A DNA stretch of 64,000 nucleotides from Terriglobia bacterium (lineage in GTDB: Bacteria > Acidobacteriota > Terriglobia > JAJPHL01 > JAPKYU01), in NCBI GenBank assembly GCA_965223005.1, contig CBDCVK010000010.1:864001-928000 (forward strand), read 5' to 3'. Positions 30,281-38,294 of the stretch are shown here, one piece after another; within the stretch, counting starts at the first letter, position 1, and each line of letters begins with the position of its first letter. The notes beneath the pieces were generated by a model, which was not told where the DNA came from, made no database searches, and saw only the letters and a program-made list of their open reading frames with translations. A program made the position numbers and the translations under genes.

Positions 30281-31171
30281 TTAATTGTCAGACCCGCCCA
30301 GTGGTGCTCTTGCTTCAAAGGAATCAAGAACCTGGTCGGCCATGTAAGAACTGCGCACCAGCGGGCCGCTGAAGACGGCCCGGAAGCCCAGTGAAAGACC
30401 GTAGTCGCGGTAGTCGGTGAACGTTTCCGGAGGCAAGTATTCGACCACCGGCAGGTTCCGGCGGGTCGGCTGAAGGTACTGGCCAATGGTGACCACGTCG
30501 CAATCCACGGCGCGCAGGTCATCGAGCAGTTGCTTCACTTCCTCATGCGACTCTCCCAGCCCCAGCATGAAGCCGGACTTGGTCAGCATCTCAGGCGCCA
30601 GCCGTCGGACGGCGGCCAGTAGCTGCAGGGAGCGCTGGTAGTCGGCCTGCGGCCGAACCCGGCAATAGAGGCGCGCCACCGTTTCCATGTTGTGGTTGTA
30701 AACATGGGGGCCGGCGGCCACCACCCTCGCCAGTGCCTCCGGGTTGCCGCAGAAATCCGGCGTCAGCACTTCCACTCGCGCCGACGTCAGCCGCCGGCGC
30801 AAGGCGCAGATGGTGGCGGCCCAATGGGTGGCGCCGCCATCGGGCAGCTCGTCGCGGTTGACGCTGGTGATGACCACGTAGCGCAGGCCCATGCTGGCCG
30901 CCATGCGCGCCACGTTTTCCGGTTCCTCGGGGTCCAGCGCCTCCGGCCGCCCTCGTGGCACCGCGCAGAAGCCGCAACTGCGCGTGCAGGTGTTGCCCAG
31001 AATCATGAAGGTAGCCGAGCCGCGGGCAAAGCATTCATGGAGGTTGGGACACCGAGCCGACTCGCAGACCGTGTGCAGGCGGTGCCGGCGGAGTCCAGCT
31101 TTAAGCTGGTGTAGAGCTATCCAGTTGGTTTGAGGATTTCGGACCCAATCCGGGAGTCGCCCGGCCATCAT
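30281..31171 (-). CDS. lipA: Lipoyl synthase
   Basis: CESARCPNLHEC, CTRSCGFC, TSVNRD, NHNMET, GQYLQP, VRSSY. Confidence 0.95.
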   Translation of the reverse strand: MMAGRLPDWVRNPQTNWIALHQLKAGLRRHRLHTVCESARCPNLHECFARGSATFMILGNTCTRSCGFCAVPRGRPEALDPEEPENVARMAASMGLRYVVITSVNRDELPDGGATHWAATICALRRRLTSARVEVLTPDFCGNPEALARVVAAGPHVYNHNMETVARLYCRVRPQADYQRSLQLLAAVRRLAPEMLTKSGFMLGLGESHEEVKQLLDDLRAVDCDVVTIGQYLQPTRRNLPVVEYLPPETFTDYRDYGLSLGFRAVFSGPLVRSSYMADQVLDSFEARAPLGGSDN

Positions 31172-31184
31172 TCTCTTGATGCCA

Positions 31185-31751
31185 TCATTTCTTCGTGATG
31201 GTCTTGAAGCCTTCCCGTTGCAAACGCTGCTTCGCCCGCTCGACCCCGCTGTCTGAAGTGAACGGACCCACTTGCACGCGATACAGGCGGTCGGCTTGCG
31301 AGGTGACCAGAACCACCGAGAACCCCTTGCCCATCAACAGGCTGAGCAGCGCTTCTGCGTCCTGCTTCTTGCTGAGGGCAGCCACCTGGAGGTGGACAGC
31401 CGGCCCTGTCGTAACTGCAGCAGCGGGACGAGTGCTCGACCGGGTCTGCAACCTGGCCGGGGATCCCTTCTGCTCCAGCGCCTGCTGGAAATTCAACTCA
31501 GAGGCCGGAAGGGCAGAAGCCGCCTGGACATTCGTCGGGTCAGCAGCGCCAGCCGGAGCGAGGGCGCTGCTCTCTCCTGGAACGGGCGTCACGCCTGCTC
31601 CAGCAGGCCCAATATAGCCTGTCGTGTTCTTCCCCACGATGTAGCCGAGAGCGAAGAATACCGCGCACAAGACGACCACGGCGAAGAAGATGATTGTGAT
31701 TTGGCGGTTTTCCAGTAAGACGTCGTATTGCCCCTGCGCTCCTGTACGCAT
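31185..31751 (-). CDS. SPOR domain protein with one TM segment
   Basis: N-terminal TM (FFALGYIVGK); C-terminal LQVAALS...LYRVQVGPF. Confidence 0.85.
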   Translation of the reverse strand: MRTGAQGQYDVLLENRQITIIFFAVVVLCAVFFALGYIVGKNTTGYIGPAGAGVTPVPGESSALAPAGAADPTNVQAASALPASELNFQQALEQKGSPARLQTRSSTRPAAAVTTGPAVHLQVAALSKKQDAEALLSLLMGKGFSVVLVTSQADRLYRVQVGPFTSDSGVERAKQRLQREGFKTITKK

Positions 31752-31891
31752 GACCGTATTCTACTCGTAATCCTGCGAGAGAGACCTGGGTGGCCCGGTC
31801 ACCAGAAAGGCACATTGCAACGTGCTTCTTGGCGGGCTTCTTGGAATGCAGAGCGGGAATTCCAACCCCCGCATTCCACCGTGCGCACCTG

Positions 31892-32671
31892 CTAGGTGCC
31901 GCTGCTCTCCTTGTTCTTCCCCTGGAAAGCGGCCAGAATATCTACCGGCAGGGGGAAAACAATCGTGGTGTTTTGCTCCACGCCGATTTCGGTGAGCGTC
32001 TGCAAGTAGCGCAGGGTGACGGCCGCTGGCTGCTCGGCGATGATGGCCGCGGCCGCTGTGAGGCGCGAGGCAGCCTGAAATTCACCTTCGGCGTGAATAA
32101 TCTTGGCGCGGCGTTCCCGTTCCGCTTCGGCCTGCTTGGCGATGGCGCGCTTCATCTCGTCGGGCAGGTCCACCTGCTTCACTTCGACCTTGGTCACCTT
32201 GATCCCCCACGGTTCGGTGTCCTCGTCGAGAATGGTTTGCAGCCGGGTGTTCAGCTTTTCACGCTGGGCGAGCAGCTCGTCCAATTCCACCTCACCCAAG
32301 ACGCTGCGCAAGGTGGTCTGCGCCAGCTGCGAGGTGGCGTAGAGGTAGTTGGTCACCTTCACCACCGCGTCCGACGCATTCATCACCCGGAAGTACAGCA
32401 CGGCGTTCACCTTGAGAGTGACGTTGTCGCGGGTGATGACGTCCTGCGGCGGGATGTCCATGGTTTCCACGCGCAGCGGGACGCGCACTATTTGATCAAG
32501 CGGCCAAAAGACAAAGATCCAGCCGGGGCCTTTAGACTTCTCCAGCAGCCGCCCCAGGCGGAAGATGACCCCCCGCTCGTACTCCCTCAAGATGTTGATC
32601 GAGTTGAAGAAGTAGATAGCAAGAATGACCGCTACAACCCCTAGTGGGCCGAGTCCTAATGGCATATGCAC
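31892..32671 (-). CDS. SPFH/Band 7 slipin family protein
   Basis: [50 protein letters not shown]. Confidence 0.93.
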   Translation of the reverse strand: MHMPLGLGPLGVVAVILAIYFFNSINILREYERGVIFRLGRLLEKSKGPGWIFVFWPLDQIVRVPLRVETMDIPPQDVITRDNVTLKVNAVLYFRVMNASDAVVKVTNYLYATSQLAQTTLRSVLGEVELDELLAQREKLNTRLQTILDEDTEPWGIKVTKVEVKQVDLPDEMKRAIAKQAEAERERRAKIIHAEGEFQAASRLTAAAAIIAEQPAAVTLRYLQTLTEIGVEQNTTIVFPLPVDILAAFQGKNKESSGT

Positions 32672-32691
32672 CTCCGTGCAAAATAGTAGGA

Positions 32692-34116
32692 TTAGATTCG
32701 GGGCCGAGTTTCCTTGGCCGGGACCAGGGGCACGCTGCCGTCCGGTTCCACCCGCAGAAGCAGGCCCTCAATGGCCCGCACCCGCACCCGGCAGCCGCGC
32801 GGCACCGGTGCGCTACTGACCGCCTTCCAGATTTCTCCCTGGATGAAAATCCTGCCCTCCGGCGACAGGTCGGTCTGCGCGGTCCCCACGTCGTCCAGCA
32901 GCCCAGCCTCTCCGGTCACGACTTTGCTTTTCCATGCCTTGAACGCCAGACGGAGCAAGAATACCGTAATCAGGCCCAGGGGCAGGGCAACGGAGAGAGC
33001 GGTGACCAACTTGATCCTCATCTCCGGAATCGGAGTATCCACCAGGATGAGTGCGCCCAGGATCATGGACAGAATACCACCTGCGGCCAGCACCCCATGG
33101 CTCATAAGTTTGGCCTCCAAGAGGAAAAAGGCAAAAGCCAGAATGATCAGGAAGGCGCCCGTCCAGTTGATGGGTAGCAGCGACAAAGCAAACATGCCCA
33201 GTAACAGCAGAATGCCGCCTGCGACGCCGGGGACGATCAGGCCGGGGTTGGAAAACTCAACATACAAGCCCAAAGCTCCCAGTGCCAGCAGAATGAAGGC
33301 GATATTGGGATCAATGATCCGCCGCAGAAAGCGGTAGCGGGCGCTGGGCTCGTAGGCGACCAGCTGGGCGCCGGCCAGGTTGAGCGTGACCGACTCGCCT
33401 CCAAAACGCTGGATGGTCTTCCCATCCATCTTGTTCATCAACTCCTGCGGCGAAGCGGCAATCACCTCAATCAGGCGATTCTCGAGCGCTTCGGTTTCGG
33501 TGAAGGACTTGCTTTCCAGCACCCCCTTCTCGGCCAGTTCCGCGTTGCGCCCGCGCTTGCCGGCGATGGAACGGATGTAGGCGGCGGCATCCTGCTCCAC
33601 CTTCTGGCGCAGCAACTCGTCCATCTTCTGGCCGCCGATGAGCACCGGGTGGGCCGCACCGGTATTCGTGCCAGGGGCCATGGCGGCCACGTCGGCCGAA
33701 AGCAGAATCAGAAAACCGGCCGATGCCGCCCGGCTTCCTCCCGGACCAACCCATGCCAGCACCGGCACCGGCGAGGCAAGAATTTTCTCAATGATTCGCC
33801 GCATGGCGGTGTCCAGGCCGCCGGGGGTGTTCAACCGCAGCAACACCGCGTCGGCCCGTTGCGCTGCGGCAGCCTGCAAGCCACGCTCGATATACTCGGC
33901 GGTGAGCGGGTGGACGATCGTGTCCAGTTCCAGCTTCAGGACGGTAGCATTGCCAGAGCCTGCCGGGGCTGAGGTGGCTGGGGCTGAGCCGGCTGGCAGC
34001 CGCAGCAGCACCACCACCATGACCGGCAGCAAAAAAAACAGCCTGCGATGCCACTGGCGCCAAGCCTGAGGATTTCCCGCTCCGCACTGCGCACTCTGTG
34101 TCATTCTCTCTGTCAC
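32692..34116 (-). CDS. nfeD: NfeD family membrane-bound serine protease (start uncertain)
   Basis: [32 protein letters not shown]; adjacent to the slipin gene. Confidence 0.9.
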   Translation of the reverse strand: MTERMTQSAQCGAGNPQAWRQWHRRLFFLLPVMVVVLLRLPAGSAPATSAPAGSGNATVLKLELDTIVHPLTAEYIERGLQAAAAQRADAVLLRLNTPGGLDTAMRRIIEKILASPVPVLAWVGPGGSRAASAGFLILLSADVAAMAPGTNTGAAHPVLIGGQKMDELLRQKVEQDAAAYIRSIAGKRGRNAELAEKGVLESKSFTETEALENRLIEVIAASPQELMNKMDGKTIQRFGGESVTLNLAGAQLVAYEPSARYRFLRRIIDPNIAFILLALGALGLYVEFSNPGLIVPGVAGGILLLLGMFALSLLPINWTGAFLIILAFAFFLLEAKLMSHGVLAAGGILSMILGALILVDTPIPEMRIKLVTALSVALPLGLITVFLLRLAFKAWKSKVVTGEAGLLDDVGTAQTDLSPEGRIFIQGEIWKAVSSAPVPRGCRVRVRAIEGLLLRVEPDGSVPLVPAKETRPRI

Positions 34117-35744
34117 GGCGTTCGCATCTGGATCGTTTCCAGCACGGAGCGGGCGGCGACATTCTCCGGCTCCACTTCGAGCGCCTGCAGGGCTTGCTGT
34201 TCCGCCTCGGCCACCCGCTCCTGTTCCAGATAGATCTTGGCCAGTAGCAGGTGGGCTTCCAAGGAATTTTCCGAGGTCAAAGCCAGGCGCGCTTCTCGAA
34301 CCGCTTCTTCATGACGGCCACCTCGTTCGTGCAGCCACCCCAGCAGGAGATGGGCCTCCGCCCGATTCGGATTCAGCCGCACGGCTTCGCGCAGTTCGCC
34401 GAGTGCCTCAGCGTCCCTTCGCTCACCCAACAATTCGCGACCTCGCTCCAGGTGCGACTCGGCGTGCTGCTCCTTCGGCAGGCGGGACAGGCTTTCTTCC
34501 CTCAATATTTCCAACACCAACTGAAGCTGGCGAAACCTGCGGCCATGATAGTTTTCTTTGAGGCGCTCCAGACCCTGGAAGGCCCGGTCGTCGAGGTCGT
34601 CGAGGTCGGTGATCCGGACGGCGGCGGGGTCATCAACCAGCAACTGGCGTTCCCTGGCAGCTTCCGCAACGTTACCGGCGCGTTCAAGAGATTTCACCAG
34701 CAAAGCACGGACCTGCCCGTCCTCTGGATTTCTCTCCAGCGCCAAGCGAAATTGCCATGCGGCGCTGGCGTACTGGCCCGACTTCCAATGCCGATAACCC
34801 AGATTGAAGCTGTAGACGGGGTCAGCCGGGTCCCCTTCGGCCGCTTTGCGAAAGCTCTCCAGCGCCGCCGGCTGATTGCGCCGCGACTGCGCCGCCCCCA
34901 GGTTGTTGTAGGCCTCATTCAGGGGAAGACGCTCGGCCACTGTCCGGAAGGCGGCTTCCGCCTTCTCGTACTTTTCGAGGGAGAAGTAACAGATTCCCAA
35001 TAGAAACCGGGCCTCCCCAAAGCCGGCTTTCCCGCTCTTCAGCTTAGTGAGCCAGGGGATGGCAGTCGGACAGTCGCGATTCTGGAAATAGAACTTGCCC
35101 AACTCCAGAGCGGCGCTACCGAAGCCCCGGTCTTTTCGCGCGGCTTCGCGAAAAAGTTTCACCTGCTCGGAGCGCGAGGATGCCAGCAAGCCTCGGATGT
35201 AATTTTCCCAGGCGTCGAGACGGACGCGCGGCTCGGGCATCGGCGCCAGGCCGCCCGGCAAGCTGCCGGGACCGACTTCCAGCGCGCGGGAAATCGCCAC
35301 TGCCAGACGGTCCTGCAGCACCAGCAGCTCCGACAGCGGTCTGGCCTGAGTGAATTTGGACTGGAGCCGGGGCGGGTGCATTTCCAGCAGCCGCGCCCGG
35401 GCCTGAAGCTGGCTGGGGGCCGCCAAAGAGTACTGGCCCAGGATGACATAGTCGGCATCGATGGTTTCAGCCAGCTTGAGGATAGTAGCCCGGCTCAGGA
35501 TTCTGGCCGCGGGGATGCCCAGCAGATCGAAGGCCGCAGCGCGTTCTTCGCGGCTGACAACGTAAAAAGACGGCCCATCCAAGCGCTCAGCCAGCCCTTC
35601 GGCGAAGCTCTCGCTGATCCACTCCAGGTGGGCGTCGCCGGTCTGGTTCTCGAAGGGGAGGATCATGCAGGTGGTGCTGTGCGCTGCCACGGCCAGCAGA
35701 AACCACGCCACCGCTGCCAACCCCAGGGTCTGCCGAACTTTCAT
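34113..35744 (-). CDS. Exported tetratricopeptide repeat protein with TolB-N-like domain
   Basis: Signal peptide; ILPFENQTG...WISES; many TPRs (EAYNNLG, FNLGY). Confidence 0.85.
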   Translation of the reverse strand: MKVRQTLGLAAVAWFLLAVAAHSTTCMILPFENQTGDAHLEWISESFAEGLAERLDGPSFYVVSREERAAAFDLLGIPAARILSRATILKLAETIDADYVILGQYSLAAPSQLQARARLLEMHPPRLQSKFTQARPLSELLVLQDRLAVAISRALEVGPGSLPGGLAPMPEPRVRLDAWENYIRGLLASSRSEQVKLFREAARKDRGFGSAALELGKFYFQNRDCPTAIPWLTKLKSGKAGFGEARFLLGICYFSLEKYEKAEAAFRTVAERLPLNEAYNNLGAAQSRRNQPAALESFRKAAEGDPADPVYSFNLGYRHWKSGQYASAAWQFRLALERNPEDGQVRALLVKSLERAGNVAEAARERQLLVDDPAAVRITDLDDLDDRAFQGLERLKENYHGRRFRQLQLVLEILREESLSRLPKEQHAESHLERGRELLGERRDAEALGELREAVRLNPNRAEAHLLLGWLHERGGRHEEAVREARLALTSENSLEAHLLLAKIYLEQERVAEAEQQALQALEVEPENVAARSVLETIQMRTP

Positions 35745-36224
35745 GCCAGCCTCGCGCCTCCAGTTATTATATCCGAAATCGGAAGCTCGGGTCCGAAGGA
35801 CGAGGCGATGCCGGAGGACGGGCCGGAGGGGAAAGCCGGGGGCGGCGAGGAGTTATTGGCGGGAGCAGTCGTGCTGCGCTGGCGGGACTCGCTTTGGTAG
35901 TAGGTCAGTTTCCGGACAGCACGTTGTACATGCAAGTGGGCTGGGTAGCAGCATGGGTAAACACTAACTGACTAGTGGAGACCTAAGCTTGAGTCGCGAG
36001 AGAGTAGCTGGCGTAGGATCTTGAGTCGAGCGAAGATTGAAATCGAAAATTCTCGCAAATTGGAACTGTGAGGGGCGGCCCGTCGGTGTTCCCCTGTTGA
36101 CGTCTACGACACAGAGGTGGGTTGCGCTGGAGTGAGAGATGAGAAAAAATAGGGGCGGGCAGGGTTTGGAAGCGTAGAACGGCTCCGGATTCCCACGGGC
36201 GAGTTTGTGGTGCAGCCGAAGGGC

Positions 36225-36980
36225 ATGGCAAAGCTGATTCTGAAGTACGAGACCAAGGTGCTCCAAGAAATCCCGCTAACGCGGCCCATTATCACCATCG
36301 GTCGAACCCCCGACAACGATGTGGTCATTGACAACCCGGCGGTCAGCACCCACCACGCCCGCATCTTTTTCGATGACGAAAAATTCAAGTTGGAAGATCT
36401 GAACAGCCTGAATGGCACCTTTGTCAATCAACAGCCCGTCCGCAACGCGTTCCTCAAGAACGGGGATGAGGTCTCGATCGGCAAGCATACTCTGGCCTAC
36501 CAGGACGAGGGTGGGGCAATGCCTACCATGCAGATCCGCACTGAACAGCCCAAGGCCCTTCCCAAGCTGGAAGAGACCGTCGTACTCGACACACAGAAAC
36601 AACGGGAGCTGCTCCAAAAGGCCAGGATGGCCAACGGTTGGTTCTCGCCAGGCCCCGCGAAGGTGGGCACCCTCATTGTCGTGGGGGGCAACACCGGCCA
36701 GATGGAATACAACCTGACTAGCAAACTGACTTTGATCGGCAAATCGCCCCTGGCCTCGGTCAAGCTGAAGGGCTGGTTCGCTCCCGATGTCGCCGCAGTC
36801 ATCAACAAGCGTGAGGCCAGCTACCAGATCGCTCCCTCTGGCAGGGGCAGGCGCAGGGTCAGGCTCAATGGCCAGACGCTAGCCGGTCCGCAGGATCTGC
36901 GGGAAGGCGACCTAATCGAAATCGCCGGCGTCAAGCTGCAGTTCACTCTACATGCGCCAGGGGGCGGACGAAGATCCTGA
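36225..36980 (+). CDS. Tandem FHA-domain protein
   Basis: ITIGRTPDNDVVIDNPAVSTHHARI...DLNSLNGTFVN (canonical FHA); second degenerate FHA LIGKS...LNGQ...LREGDLIEIAG. Confidence 0.88.
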   Translation: MAKLILKYETKVLQEIPLTRPIITIGRTPDNDVVIDNPAVSTHHARIFFDDEKFKLEDLNSLNGTFVNQQPVRNAFLKNGDEVSIGKHTLAYQDEGGAMPTMQIRTEQPKALPKLEETVVLDTQKQRELLQKARMANGWFSPGPAKVGTLIVVGGNTGQMEYNLTSKLTLIGKSPLASVKLKGWFAPDVAAVINKREASYQIAPSGRGRRRVRLNGQTLAGPQDLREGDLIEIAGVKLQFTLHAPGGGRRS

Positions 36981-37027
36981 TGACCGCCAAGCAACTGCTG
37001 GAAATCGCCGGTGGCTCCCTTTGGTAA
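36980..37027 (+). pseudogene. Truncated start of a translationally coupled gene (possibly a PP2C/Stp1 phosphatase)
   Basis: ATG overlaps the FHA stop (TGATG); MTAKQLLEIAGGSLW*. The PP2C identity is inferred from the LEIAG start and the usual FHA-PP2C gene order. Confidence 0.35.
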
Positions 37028-37141
37028 GTAGAGCGGCTCGGCGAGTGGGGTCTTGAAGGGGGGGGGGACGAGTGTGGTTTACTTCCGGTCCACGGTTCCT
37101 CACAAGCTATTCCGAAAGAGGAATCGAATGAGGGGTACCTG

Positions 37142-37681
37142 ATGAAAACGCACCTGAAGTCTTTCGCAGTTTCCGTGGCGCTCTGCTTCTTCGTGGGGGG
37201 GGCGGCACAGGCAGACAAGCATGAGGCGGAGCGCATCGCCGAGGCGGAGAGCGCGGCTCCCAAGGCCATTACCAAGGATGCCACGATCAAAGCGCCGGAC
37301 GGCAAGGTGCTGAGACAGGGGACGAATGGCTGGACCTGCTACCCAGGCTCCGCAGCCATCGGGCCGATGTGTAACCGAACTCAGTGGGATGCGCTGCTCG
37401 GTGCCTTGCAGAAGCGTGAGGCGATCGACGTCAAGGAGTTCAGCGTGTCCTACATGCTGGCCGGCGAGGGAGAGGCCATCGGCGTCAGTAATTCAGATCC
37501 GTTCGCCACCGACCCAACCGCCAAGGACGACTGGGTCAAAGAAGGACCACACCTCATGATCTTGGTGCCAGATCCGGCCACTCTTGAGGGGCTTTCCACG
37601 GATCCGAAGGATCCTGTCTACGTGATGTGGAAGGGCACTCCGTACGCCCACATCATGGTCAAGGTCTCAAAAGAGAAGTAG
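37142..37681 (+). CDS. Exported conserved hypothetical protein
   Basis: Signal peptide (AAQA); AESAAPKAITKDATI, GTNGWTCYP, PMC, SYMLAGE, GPHLMI, YVMWKGTPYAHIM; SD-like GAGGGG. Confidence 0.8.
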   Translation: MKTHLKSFAVSVALCFFVGGAAQADKHEAERIAEAESAAPKAITKDATIKAPDGKVLRQGTNGWTCYPGSAAIGPMCNRTQWDALLGALQKREAIDVKEFSVSYMLAGEGEAIGVSNSDPFATDPTAKDDWVKEGPHLMILVPDPATLEGLSTDPKDPVYVMWKGTPYAHIMVKVSKEK

Positions 37682-37694
37682 GTGCGGACCTGAC

Positions 37695-37778
37695 GGACAA
37701 CGGAACGACCCGGATATCCTCATCGCCGGAGGCGGCATCCAGGGCGTGACACTCCTGCATGAACCGCGGGGTAGGTAG
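37695..37778 (+). pseudogene. Remnant of an FAD-dependent oxidoreductase N-terminus
   Basis: Frame reads GQRNDPDILIAGGGIQGVTLLHEPRGR*: a Rossmann GxGxxG motif with no start codon, stopping immediately after. Confidence 0.55.
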
Positions 37779-38115
37779 AGTAGACCCAGGGCGGCTTCCA
37801 AAGCCACACCGCCACCATCGCGGTACAGTAAGCGCTCAGCTACCTCTTTGTCAGTAGCAGTGCCGGATAGATCGCCCCTAACGGGCTAGCGTTTATCAAT
37901 CCCGGTTTCAGTTGGACGTATAGTCGGCTTATCGGAAACTGACCCACTACCCTCGCTTTTGTTTGAGACGGCACTGGGGCCACGACCAACACAATCCTAT
38001 TTACGCGGCGAACCTCTTGCGATAAAATCCAAGAAGGTGCTTCGAGAGCGGTCTTCTGCCTGAACATTTATCCCGGGTTCCGGCTGCGCTGGCGACTTCC
38101 CGACCTTCCCAGTAG

Positions 38116-38188
38116 GCACAAAATGTTGTGGCCCATTCCTAGAGGACTCAAAATGGAGTAGGTTTTGGCTTTACAAACCCCTACTCCA
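38116..38188 (+). promoter_or_regulatory. Candidate NrdR-box-like palindrome(s) and hairpin upstream of smc
   Basis: GCACAAAATGTTGTGG (38116-38131); weaker ACTCAAAATGGAGTAG (38146-38161); hairpin TGGAGTAGG/CCTACTCCA (38154-38188). Confidence 0.35.
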
Positions 38189-38294
38189 GCGCTACTATCC
38201 ACCCAGTGCCCCGAAGGGATAACTTTCCGCGGCGCCCCTGGGCCAGGCTGAGTTGCGCCATTCTGAGTTGGGGACCAACAAAGGAAGGTTTGCC

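Larger units (their letters stand above)
35896..37951. mobile_element. Non-autonomous transposon/cargo cassette bounded by IS-like terminal inverted repeats, with 8-bp target-site duplication
   Basis: Left end GGTAGTAGGTCAGTTTCCG (35896-35914); right end CGGAAACTGACCCACTACC (37933-37951), 18/19 inverted identity; CTCGCTTT directly flanks both ends (35888-35895 and 37952-37959); no transposase inside. Confidence 0.85.
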
